Shown here: piece by piece, positions 39,518 to 47,378 of the stretch
How the letters are laid out: the number at the start of each line of letters is the position of its first letter
Position numbering within the stretch: the first letter of the stretch is position 1
DNA from: Pseudomonadota bacterium
GTDB taxonomy: Bacteria > Pseudomonadota > Alphaproteobacteria > Puniceispirillales > UBA1172
Direction: 5' to 3'
NCBI GenBank assembly: GCA_027593125.1
Contig: JAQCJL010000001.1
Coordinates: forward strand, 788 to 64,787
DNA: 64,000 nucleotides
The notes under the pieces: model-generated
What the model was told of the DNA's origin: nothing
Database searches by the model: none
The model's input: the letters and a program-made list of their open reading frames with translations, nothing else
Made by a program: the position numbers and the translations under genes

Positions 39518-41116
39518 TTAAGACGTGAACAAGTTGGCCTGATCAGAATTATCAGGGGTATTCGTCTGTTTTTTCTTTGATGCTTTCTTTTCCAAAGACT
39601 GTCCCCCACCTTGGCTAGGGTCTTTGGCTGTTCCCATGATTTGTGCTTCAAGCCTGCCATCTGCAAACCGCAGATTAACCATATCGCTGCTGGCGGCATC
39701 TTTTGCGGATTTGAGAATTTGGCCATCATTAGCATCACTGATCAGGGCAAACCCTCTGGCTAGCACCTTTTGATAGGATGACGCCTCAAGCAGACGCCCA
39801 ACTTGATCCAATTTGGCAGTAAGCCTTTCAAGGATTTGTTCCCCTCGGCGCACCACTCGCCCTTCAAACAGGGTAAGATGATGTTGCTTCTGTTCCAACA
39901 TTCCTGTTGGGGCGGTCATTCCCTCAGTGACCATACCAAGGCGCTGAACCTGATGGGATAATAGGCGGTCTGCAGCCTGATCCAGACGCAACATGATCTG
40001 TCCTGCACGATCCCGCGCATCGGCAATTTGTCCCGCTGGGGTCGGCAAACGATCAGCCAGCCCTTGTATCCGGGTAGCAAGGCCATTGAGATGACTATCA
40101 ATCACCCGCATATGATCCGCATCACTGGCATCCAAGCGTTGCTGGCGAAAGGCAATGGCCTCCTTGGGGTCACCAAGGGCGCGTTCAAGGGCGTTCAGCC
40201 GTTCTGTCTGTTGGCTATTGATCTGATCAGTTTTGCGATCAAGCCGCAATTCCCATTCTGTTAATTGACGACGAAGGTCATTACGAACAGGGGTTGCTAG
40301 TTCCGCTGCTGCGGTTGGGGTTGGCGCTCGCAAATCAGCCGCATAATCACATAGTGTTGTGTCTGTTTCATGACCAACGGCGGAAATAAGCGGAATTTCT
40401 GATGCCGCAACCGCCCTGACCACAGCTTCTTCATTAAAGGCCATCAGGTCTTCAAGACTGCCGCCTCCACGCGCCACAATCAGCACATCTGGCCGGGGAA
40501 TATGCCCATCCACGGGCAAAGCATTAAAACCCTTAATCGCAGCGGTGATTTCTGCCACCGCCGCATCCCCTTGCACCAATACAGGCCAGACCAACACATG
40601 AACCGGAAACCTGTCGCTCAAACGGTGCAGAATATCCCTGATGACTGCCCCTTTAGGGCTGGTGACCACACCGATCACCTTGGGCGTCGAGGGCAGAGGT
40701 TTTTTGCTGTCAGCATCAAAAAGCCCCTCTGACAACAGCCGCTTGCGGCGTTCCTCAAGTTGCTTGAGAAACGCGCCTTCACCGGCTAGTTCAAGAGACT
40801 GGACAACAATTTGATAACGAGATTGCCGCGTAAAAGTGGTAAGCTTACCTGTGATCACCACATCCAGCCCATCTTCAGGCAACATGGTCATGTGCGGCAC
40901 CATGGTCTTCCAGATCACGGCTTCAAGAATATTATTTTCATCTTTGAGCTTAAAATAAATATGCCCTGACGACCATTGCCGGCATTCTGCGATTTCCGCT
41001 CTAACTCGGACAACATCAAAACTCTCAACAGCGCGCTTAATCGCCTGCGACAATTCCGACAGCGAAAAAACAGGCTGATTATCAGATACAGAGAGGCTTT
41101 GGTCTTTCGGTTCCAT
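39518..41116 (-). CDS. xseA: Exodeoxyribonuclease VII large subunit.
   Basis: OB-fold N-terminus (VRVRAEIAECRQWSSGHIYFKLKD), ARGGGSLEDL, long helical C-terminus. Confidence 0.92.
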   Translation of the reverse strand: MEPKDQSLSVSDNQPVFSLSELSQAIKRAVESFDVVRVRAEIAECRQWSSGHIYFKLKDENNILEAVIWKTMVPHMTMLPEDGLDVVITGKLTTFTRQSRYQIVVQSLELAGEGAFLKQLEERRKRLLSEGLFDADSKKPLPSTPKVIGVVTSPKGAVIRDILHRLSDRFPVHVLVWPVLVQGDAAVAEITAAIKGFNALPVDGHIPRPDVLIVARGGGSLEDLMAFNEEAVVRAVAASEIPLISAVGHETDTTLCDYAADLRAPTPTAAAELATPVRNDLRRQLTEWELRLDRKTDQINSQQTERLNALERALGDPKEAIAFRQQRLDASDADHMRVIDSHLNGLATRIQGLADRLPTPAGQIADARDRAGQIMLRLDQAADRLLSHQVQRLGMVTEGMTAPTGMLEQKQHHLTLFEGRVVRRGEQILERLTAKLDQVGRLLEASSYQKVLARGFALISDANDGQILKSAKDAASSDMVNLRFADGRLEAQIMGTAKDPSQGGGQSLEKKASKKKQTNTPDNSDQANLFTS

Positions 41117-41187
41117 ACCATGTTATGCCATAGTGACGCGGATAAGGCCAATGGCTAGGTGAGATATTTGTTGCAAGGGAGGATGAA

Positions 41188-42444
41188 ATGAAAGTCTTGA
41201 TTATTGGTGGTGGCGGCAGAGAGCACGCGCTAGCCCATGCCATGTCATCTTCGCCCATGCTAACCGAATTGCTAGCCACCCCCGGTAATCCGGGAATATC
41301 GGCACTAGCCCGTTGTCTGGACTGTCCAGACGAAACCACCCTTTTTGCCGCTATCAAAGATGAAGCTGTTGATCTGGTCGTAATTGGCCCAGAAGCGCCA
41401 TTAGTTGATGGCATGGCAGATCGGCTCAACGCTGCGGGTGTGGCAGTGTTTGGGCCAAGCCAAAAAGCCGCTATGCTTGAAGGCTCCAAAGCCTTTGCGC
41501 GTGCCTTTTGTGATCGTCACCACATCCCTCAACCTAGCTGGCGGGAATTCACCGACAGCCACGAGGCTATAGCCTATATTAATGCTCATCCTGCTGAAGG
41601 CCATGTAATCAAGGCAGATGGTCTGGCGGCTGGCAAAGGGGTTGTTGTGGCTGATACCAAAGCTGAGGCAATCACCGCCATCACCAATATGCTGGATGAT
41701 CAACAGTTTGGTGAGGCCGGGGCATCTATTTTGATTGAAGAGCGCATCTCTGGCGTTGAGGCATCCCTCTTTGCGATGGCTGACGGCAATCACGCCATCA
41801 TGATTGGTACAGCGCAGGATTATAAAAGAGCATTAGATGGGGACAAAGGCCCTAATACCGGCGGCATGGGTGCCGTTTCCCCAGCCCCAGCTCTTGATGC
41901 CAATCCGCACCTAACCGATCAGGCATGGCGTGAAGTGGTAGAAAATGTCATCCATGGCATGAAAGCTGAGGGTATGCCTTATCAAGGGTTTCTTTATGTT
42001 GGGTTGATGATCACCGATGATGGCCCCAAGGTAATTGAGTTTAATTGCCGTTTTGGTGATCCTGAAGCGGAGGTGATATTGCCCCGGCTGGAAAGCGATT
42101 TGCTTAGCGCAATAGTTGCCGCTACAAAATCACAACTTCATCAGACCGCGTTGCAATTCAAACCCGGTGCGGCAGTGACCGTGGTTATGGCAAATGGAGG
42201 ATATCCAGGGCCAATTTCACCAGGCGGTGTGATCACTGGACTAGCCGAGGATGAGATCACAAACAGCATGGTGTTTCATGCTGGAACCCAAATGACAGAG
42301 GGAAAAATTATCGCCGCAGGTGGCCGTGTTTTAGCAGTAACGGGATGGGGCGAGGATCAAGCCAGCGCCAGGCAAACCGCTTATGCCCGCGTAAAAAAGA
42401 TAAACTGGCCTGATGTGTATTATCGCAAAGATATTGCCCGTTAA
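41188..42444 (+). CDS. purD: Phosphoribosylamine-glycine ligase.
   Basis: MKVLIIGGGGREHALA, ATP-grasp core, GGRVLAVT. GGGAGGA RBS. Confidence 0.97.
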   Translation: MKVLIIGGGGREHALAHAMSSSPMLTELLATPGNPGISALARCLDCPDETTLFAAIKDEAVDLVVIGPEAPLVDGMADRLNAAGVAVFGPSQKAAMLEGSKAFARAFCDRHHIPQPSWREFTDSHEAIAYINAHPAEGHVIKADGLAAGKGVVVADTKAEAITAITNMLDDQQFGEAGASILIEERISGVEASLFAMADGNHAIMIGTAQDYKRALDGDKGPNTGGMGAVSPAPALDANPHLTDQAWREVVENVIHGMKAEGMPYQGFLYVGLMITDDGPKVIEFNCRFGDPEAEVILPRLESDLLSAIVAATKSQLHQTALQFKPGAAVTVVMANGGYPGPISPGGVITGLAEDEITNSMVFHAGTQMTEGKIIAAGGRVLAVTGWGEDQASARQTAYARVKKINWPDVYYRKDIAR

Positions 42445-42914
42445 CGGCGCTGAGAAAAAAACGACTTTAGCATCTGGCTTGATGCCTCCGCCTTAATGCC
42501 ATCATATATCTCTGGCTTATGATGGCATTGGGGGTGATCAAACACCTTAGCCCCATGGAAAACCCCACCAGACTTTTCATCCCCTGCGCCAATATAAAGC
42601 CGTCTGATCCGTGCCTGTGCAATAGCACTAGCACACATGGCGCATGGCTCTAGCGTCACCCATAAATCACAATCTCCTAAGCGTGGATTTTGGCGATTTG
42701 CAGAGGCTTCACGAAGGGCCAGAATCTCAGCATGAGCAGTCGGATCACAATCACGTTCCACCCGATTGCCAGCCACCGCAAGCACCGTCCCATCAGCGGC
42801 AACAATCACCGCACCTACGGGCACATCTCCGGCTTCTCCTGCTGCTTTTGCAGCGGCAAGGGCATCTGTCATATAATCCTGATAAGGATGCGTTGTCTTC
42901 ATGCGAAACAGCAT
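42441..42914 (-). CDS. tadA: tRNA adenosine(34) deaminase.
   Basis: CDA zinc motifs HAEILA and TLEPCAMCASAI. Confidence 0.9.
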   Translation of the reverse strand: MLFRMKTTHPYQDYMTDALAAAKAAGEAGDVPVGAVIVAADGTVLAVAGNRVERDCDPTAHAEILALREASANRQNPRLGDCDLWVTLEPCAMCASAIAQARIRRLYIGAGDEKSGGVFHGAKVFDHPQCHHKPEIYDGIKAEASSQMLKSFFSQRR

Positions 42915-42948
42915 CGCATAATTCCACCATTTAGGCTATGGTGGAGGC

Positions 42949-43896
42949 ATGGCAAAATCACCACAGAAAACAGAACTGGCAGCACTCTTTGACGCAGTCA
43001 CCAAAGCCCCGCAGCGCCTAGCCAAACGCATCGCGGCAGCAGGGCTATGTTCACGGCGAGACGCAGAACAATGGATTACTAGCGGCCGCGTCAAGGTTGA
43101 TGGCAAAAAACAAGACAGCCCAGCCATCAATGTCACCAATGAACAGGTAATTACCGTTGATAACAACCCTTTGCCCATGATCGAACCTCCGCGTTTGTGG
43201 CGATATTATAAACCACGCGGATTGGTGGTTAGTCATCGGGATGAAAAAGATCGCATGACCATTTTTGATGTGATCAGAGAACAACATGGCGAAGATTTAC
43301 CAAGAATGATCAGTGTCGGACGCCTTGATCTGGATTCCGAAGGCCTTATCCTGTTGACCAATAGTGGCGCTCTGGCGCGCTATCTGGAATTGCCGTCAAC
43401 AGGCTGGATTCGAAAATATCGGGCACGGGTTCATGGGCAAGTCAAAAAAGACCATCTTGACCAGCTTGGTCGCGGTTTGACGGTGGATGGGGTGCGTTAT
43501 CGTCCTGTGGTTGCTAGCCTTGATCATCAGGCGAATAGCAACGCTTGGATAAACATCGCCCTTAAAGAGGGTAAAAATCGGGAAATCCGGAAACTGATGG
43601 AACATTTCGGCTATCCCGTTAGCCGCCTGATTCGCACCTCATTTGGGCCATTCATGCTATCACGGATGGATGAAGGCGACATTATTGAGATTAAGGCCGC
43701 TGTCTTGCGTGATCAGCTTGGCTTAAAAAAAGCTGACATCACATCTGAGCCTGTGGCAACGAAACCTCGGTCTAAACCTCAAGCCAAATCTTCTCTTCCC
43801 TCTAAAAAACCAGCTTCTAAAGCTGGCGCAAAGAAACCAAATCATCATGCGGATCATCAGCGGAAAAAAACGCGGCGCGACGCTCATCGCCCCTAA
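42949..43896 (+). CDS. rluB: 23S rRNA pseudouridine synthase, RsuA/RluB family.
   Basis: S4 domain (GLCSRRDAEQWITSGRVKVDG), catalytic GRLDLDSEGLILLTN, basic K/A/P-rich C-terminal tail. Confidence 0.85.
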   Translation: MAKSPQKTELAALFDAVTKAPQRLAKRIAAAGLCSRRDAEQWITSGRVKVDGKKQDSPAINVTNEQVITVDNNPLPMIEPPRLWRYYKPRGLVVSHRDEKDRMTIFDVIREQHGEDLPRMISVGRLDLDSEGLILLTNSGALARYLELPSTGWIRKYRARVHGQVKKDHLDQLGRGLTVDGVRYRPVVASLDHQANSNAWINIALKEGKNREIRKLMEHFGYPVSRLIRTSFGPFMLSRMDEGDIIEIKAAVLRDQLGLKKADITSEPVATKPRSKPQAKSSLPSKKPASKAGAKKPNHHADHQRKKTRRDAHRP

Positions 43897-44422
43897 AGGT
43901 CAGATCACTCGCCCAACCGCAGATCGCACCCGGGAAATGATCTTTAATGTGCTAAATGGGGGACGTCATGGAGAGGTTCTGGAAGCGCCGCTAGTGGTTG
44001 ATGCTTTTGCTGGCAGTGGCGCAATGGGGCTTGAGGCATGGTCCAGAGGCGCTAAGCGCGTGATTATGATTGATCATGATCGATTAGCACGATCAGCCAT
44101 TACCGCCAACATCCAAAAGCTTAATGCCAGTGAAGCTTGCGGCGCGGTTGATCGCGACTTAAGTAAGCCTATGACTTGGCCTTTTGGGGCGGCAGGATTA
44201 CTTTTTCTTGATCCCCCTTGGCGAAGATCTGCTGATGAAGCCGATTTGTCTGAAATAGCGCTAGAACAGCTTGTAGAAGCAAAAGCCGTTTTGCCCGAAG
44301 CGTTTGCCGTCATTGAATATGATGTTCGCTTTCCCCCACATCCACCCACAGGTTGGGCCATCGTAGATACGCGCAAAGCCGGACGCGCTGGGGTTATGTT
44401 TCTGCGTTATCAATCCAATTAG
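43847..44422 (+). CDS. rsmD: 16S rRNA (guanine966-N2)-methyltransferase.
   Basis: MRIISGKKRGATL...TRPTADRTREMIFN, DAFAGSGAMGLEA, DPPW motif. Confidence 0.85.
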   Translation: MRIISGKKRGATLIAPKGQITRPTADRTREMIFNVLNGGRHGEVLEAPLVVDAFAGSGAMGLEAWSRGAKRVIMIDHDRLARSAITANIQKLNASEACGAVDRDLSKPMTWPFGAAGLLFLDPPWRRSADEADLSEIALEQLVEAKAVLPEAFAVIEYDVRFPPHPPTGWAIVDTRKAGRAGVMFLRYQSN

Positions 44423-46227
44423 CGGCGTCCAAAAAGTTTTTCAATATCAGCAAGGCTGAGGTTCACAAAAGTCGGCCTGCCATGATTACATTGCCCTGAA
44501 CGTGGGGTGATTTCCATATCCCTTAACAGAGCATTCATCTCGCTAGCGTTGAGGGCTCTACCCGCTCGCACAGACCCATGGCACGATATCGTTGCCAGAA
44601 CATGGTTGATCCGGTCTTCAATGCTCTTGCTAGCATCCTGCTCTAGCAATTCTTCTGCGGTATCACGAACCAACTGCTGAATATTAGCCTGACCCAAGAT
44701 CGCTGGCATTTCGCGCACCAGAATAGCGCCATCACCAAAAGCTTCAACTGCCAGCCCTAATTCAGCCAGCATCGGGGCGTGTTCAATCAAAATAGAAACC
44801 GCCGCAGCACCAGGTTCAACAACCTCAGGTATTAGCAAGGCTTGGCGTTCCACTTTGCCAGCTTCACGCTGTGCCTTCATTCGTTCCAGCACCAACCTTT
44901 CATGTGCCGCGTGCTGATCCACCAGAACAATACCATCAGGGGTCTCTGCAACAATATAAGTTTTATGAAGTTGTGCCTTAGCAGCACCAAGGGGGTAATC
45001 CATAACATTGGCGTCCCCCCTTTCCCCCTGATCCGCATCATTCGCGTCACCATAATCTGAAGCGGTTTCTGCCAGCCTTGCTTCAGGGGCAGCATCCGTA
45101 AAGGGCAGCTGTTTGCCAAAATAATCAGGGGATTGCCAATCTAGTCGTGTCCGTGATGGGCCGCCGCGCCCCGTCCCCCCATACCAAGCCCCTCGGCTTG
45201 GTGCCGTCATTCCGATCGCTGCTTGTCCCAATTGACCACTTGTTTGCCGATTACTATCAATCGCGGCACGCAAGGCATTAATGACCAAAGAACGGATCAT
45301 CCCCCCATCGCGAAACCGCACCTCTGCCTTAGCCGGGTGGACATTGACATCCACATCTTCGGACGGCAACGCCATAAACAGAACCACCACGGGATGCCGC
45401 CCTTGCGGCAATGTGTCTGCATAAGCCGCCCTAACTGCGCCTATCAAAGTTCGGTCACGCACCGCACGTCCATTGACATACAGATGAATAGCGGTAGCGG
45501 TAGATTTGTTAAAAGTTGGCAGTCCTGCCAGCCCAGATACCGAAACCTGATCACGGCGGGCATCAATATCCAGGGCTTCATCCGCAAAATCAGCCCCCAT
45601 CACATCCCGTATCCGCGCCCGAATATCATCACGAGCAGGCAATACCATTGGCTGACGACCAGAATCGCTAACGGTAAAGGCAATCGCCGGATGCGCCATG
45701 CTGATACGTCGTACCATTTCAAGAATTTGTGCTGTTTCTGTTCGGTCAGTTTTCAAAAACTTAAGCCGCGCAGGTAGCGCCGCAAACAGTTTCTCAACTA
45801 CAACCCTTGTGCCTTTTTGACGAGAAGCAGGATGCAATTCACCGATATGCCCGTTATTAATTTCTAGCATCCATCCGTTTTCTTCTCTTGCGGATCGGCT
45901 AGATAGTGTCATTTGACTGACTGAAGCAATGGATGGTAATGCCTCACCCCGAAACCCCAAGTGATGAATAGCCATGATGTCTTCGCCTGAGATTTTAGAG
46001 GTCGCGTGGCGTTGAACCGCCATTTTCAGGTCATCGCCAGTCATGCCAGCGCCATCGTCATCCACCGCCAGCATTTCGCGGCCGCCACTGGCAATAGACA
46101 CCTCTATCCGCGTCGCATTAGCATCAATCGCATTTTCCACCAGCTCTTTAACAGCACTCGCTGGACGTTCGACTACTTCTCCGGCGGCAATCTGATTAAT
46201 GATGTGGTCAGGAAGAAGACGGATCAT
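44419..46227 (-). CDS. mutL: DNA mismatch repair protein MutL.
   Basis: IRLLPDHIINQIAAGEVVERPASAVKELVENAIDA, GFRGEAL, C-terminal endonuclease-type DQHAAHERL and CHGS..AG motifs. Confidence 0.95.
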   Translation of the reverse strand: MIRLLPDHIINQIAAGEVVERPASAVKELVENAIDANATRIEVSIASGGREMLAVDDDGAGMTGDDLKMAVQRHATSKISGEDIMAIHHLGFRGEALPSIASVSQMTLSSRSAREENGWMLEINNGHIGELHPASRQKGTRVVVEKLFAALPARLKFLKTDRTETAQILEMVRRISMAHPAIAFTVSDSGRQPMVLPARDDIRARIRDVMGADFADEALDIDARRDQVSVSGLAGLPTFNKSTATAIHLYVNGRAVRDRTLIGAVRAAYADTLPQGRHPVVVLFMALPSEDVDVNVHPAKAEVRFRDGGMIRSLVINALRAAIDSNRQTSGQLGQAAIGMTAPSRGAWYGGTGRGGPSRTRLDWQSPDYFGKQLPFTDAAPEARLAETASDYGDANDADQGERGDANVMDYPLGAAKAQLHKTYIVAETPDGIVLVDQHAAHERLVLERMKAQREAGKVERQALLIPEVVEPGAAAVSILIEHAPMLAELGLAVEAFGDGAILVREMPAILGQANIQQLVRDTAEELLEQDASKSIEDRINHVLATISCHGSVRAGRALNASEMNALLRDMEITPRSGQCNHGRPTFVNLSLADIEKLFGRR

Positions 46228-46232
46228 CGGGG

Positions 46233-46814
46233 TTATTGGATCTCCACCGGCTCCTTTTCAATAGGATCAATACCGGGTGTTGGTGTCAGATTTAACGGCT
46301 GGCCATCCTTAATGGCTTGGCGGATACGAAAAGCTTCAGCCTCAGCATTCAGATCAGGGCCTACTTCAGGCTTACCCCCGAATAATTGTTCAAGCGGAAT
46401 TCGGCTGTCTAACTGAATACCCAAGGTTTCTTCGTCAACAATAGAACGGATATTTTCTATCGCCTGATCAGTACCAAACAATTCATCAAAATTACTAGCA
46501 TCTGCAGATGAGGTAGTCAGCAACGCCCTAGACTGGGTGATAGCAGAATTATCAATCTGGGTATTTGAAACCTGACCGGAGGCAATCTCCTCATCATTGA
46601 CATCCCCCGGACGAAGCGAGAAGTTCGGCGGTAAGGTTAAAGGGGGCCGGATCACAACCTCAAACTCATCTGGTGAGGTCTTTCTGCCATTAATAGCATT
46701 AGCACCGCCACTACAGGCTGATAACACTAGCATTCCGGCAAGAAGCCCACCGATTATCAGGGTTCCTTTTGAGGAATACCGTTGCTGTTTTGCCATTTTT
46801 GCCATTCTGATCAT
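46233..46814 (-). CDS. DUF3035-like lipoprotein.
   Basis: Lipobox LVLSAC, then an unstructured P/D/E-rich sequence. I recall this gene in a conserved position next to lspA. The start is uncertain. Confidence 0.55.
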   Translation of the reverse strand: MIRMAKMAKQQRYSSKGTLIIGGLLAGMLVLSACSGGANAINGRKTSPDEFEVVIRPPLTLPPNFSLRPGDVNDEEIASGQVSNTQIDNSAITQSRALLTTSSADASNFDELFGTDQAIENIRSIVDEETLGIQLDSRIPLEQLFGGKPEVGPDLNAEAEAFRIRQAIKDGQPLNLTPTPGIDPIEKEPVEIQ

Positions 46815-46871
46815 GTCTCCTGAACACTATGTTCTGTCATCTTACTTCCGTCAAGGGATTGCCGATTGTGA

Positions 46872-47378
46872 TCACATCTCAAGATCATGGTTTTCGTCGC
46901 CGCGATCTTTTCCTTGGCGCCAACTGCTATAGAAGATAAAGCCAACCCCGATCACAATAACACTGTCGGCAATATTAAACGCCGGCCAGTGCCAACCTGC
47001 CGCATGAACATCAATAAAATCAACAACCTTTCCTAAACGGACTCTATCTACAGCATTTCCAATAGCGCCACCAGCCATCATGATGGCACCCCATCGTCCC
47101 AGTGGCAACCAGAGCCTTGAAATATATGGTAGCAAAACCCCTACGGCAACGGCAAAAATTGTCAGGATAGCTAGGCCAATTGTCCCACTATTGCCAAATA
47201 TTCCAAAACTGATGCCGGTGTTAAAGACAGGGCTGAAGTTGAGAAACGGCAAAATGGTTATCACACGCGGCGGCGAAAAGATAAGTTCTAGCATGATCCA
47301 TTTGGTGCATTGGTCAATGACCACCAAGCCAAAAACACCAAAGTAGCCATGCCACCATCTAGCCGGAAATGACATCAT
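46872..47378 (-). CDS. lspA: Lipoprotein signal peptidase (signal peptidase II).
   Basis: DQCTKW, NTGISFG, GNAVDR and FNIAD motifs. Trimmed to MMSFPARWW. It overlaps the ileS 3' end by 20 nt. Confidence 0.9.
   Translation of the reverse strand: MMSFPARWWHGYFGVFGLVVIDQCTKWIMLELIFSPPRVITILPFLNFSPVFNTGISFGIFGNSGTIGLAILTIFAVAVGVLLPYISRLWLPLGRWGAIMMAGGAIGNAVDRVRLGKVVDFIDVHAAGWHWPAFNIADSVIVIGVGFIFYSSWRQGKDRGDENHDLEM

Noticed and set aside
45223-45777. A 184-aa plus-strand ORF antisense to mutL, with a similar one at 46006-46416.
   Set aside because: These are shadow ORFs opposite a well-supported mutL, with biased composition and no recognisable domain or RBS.
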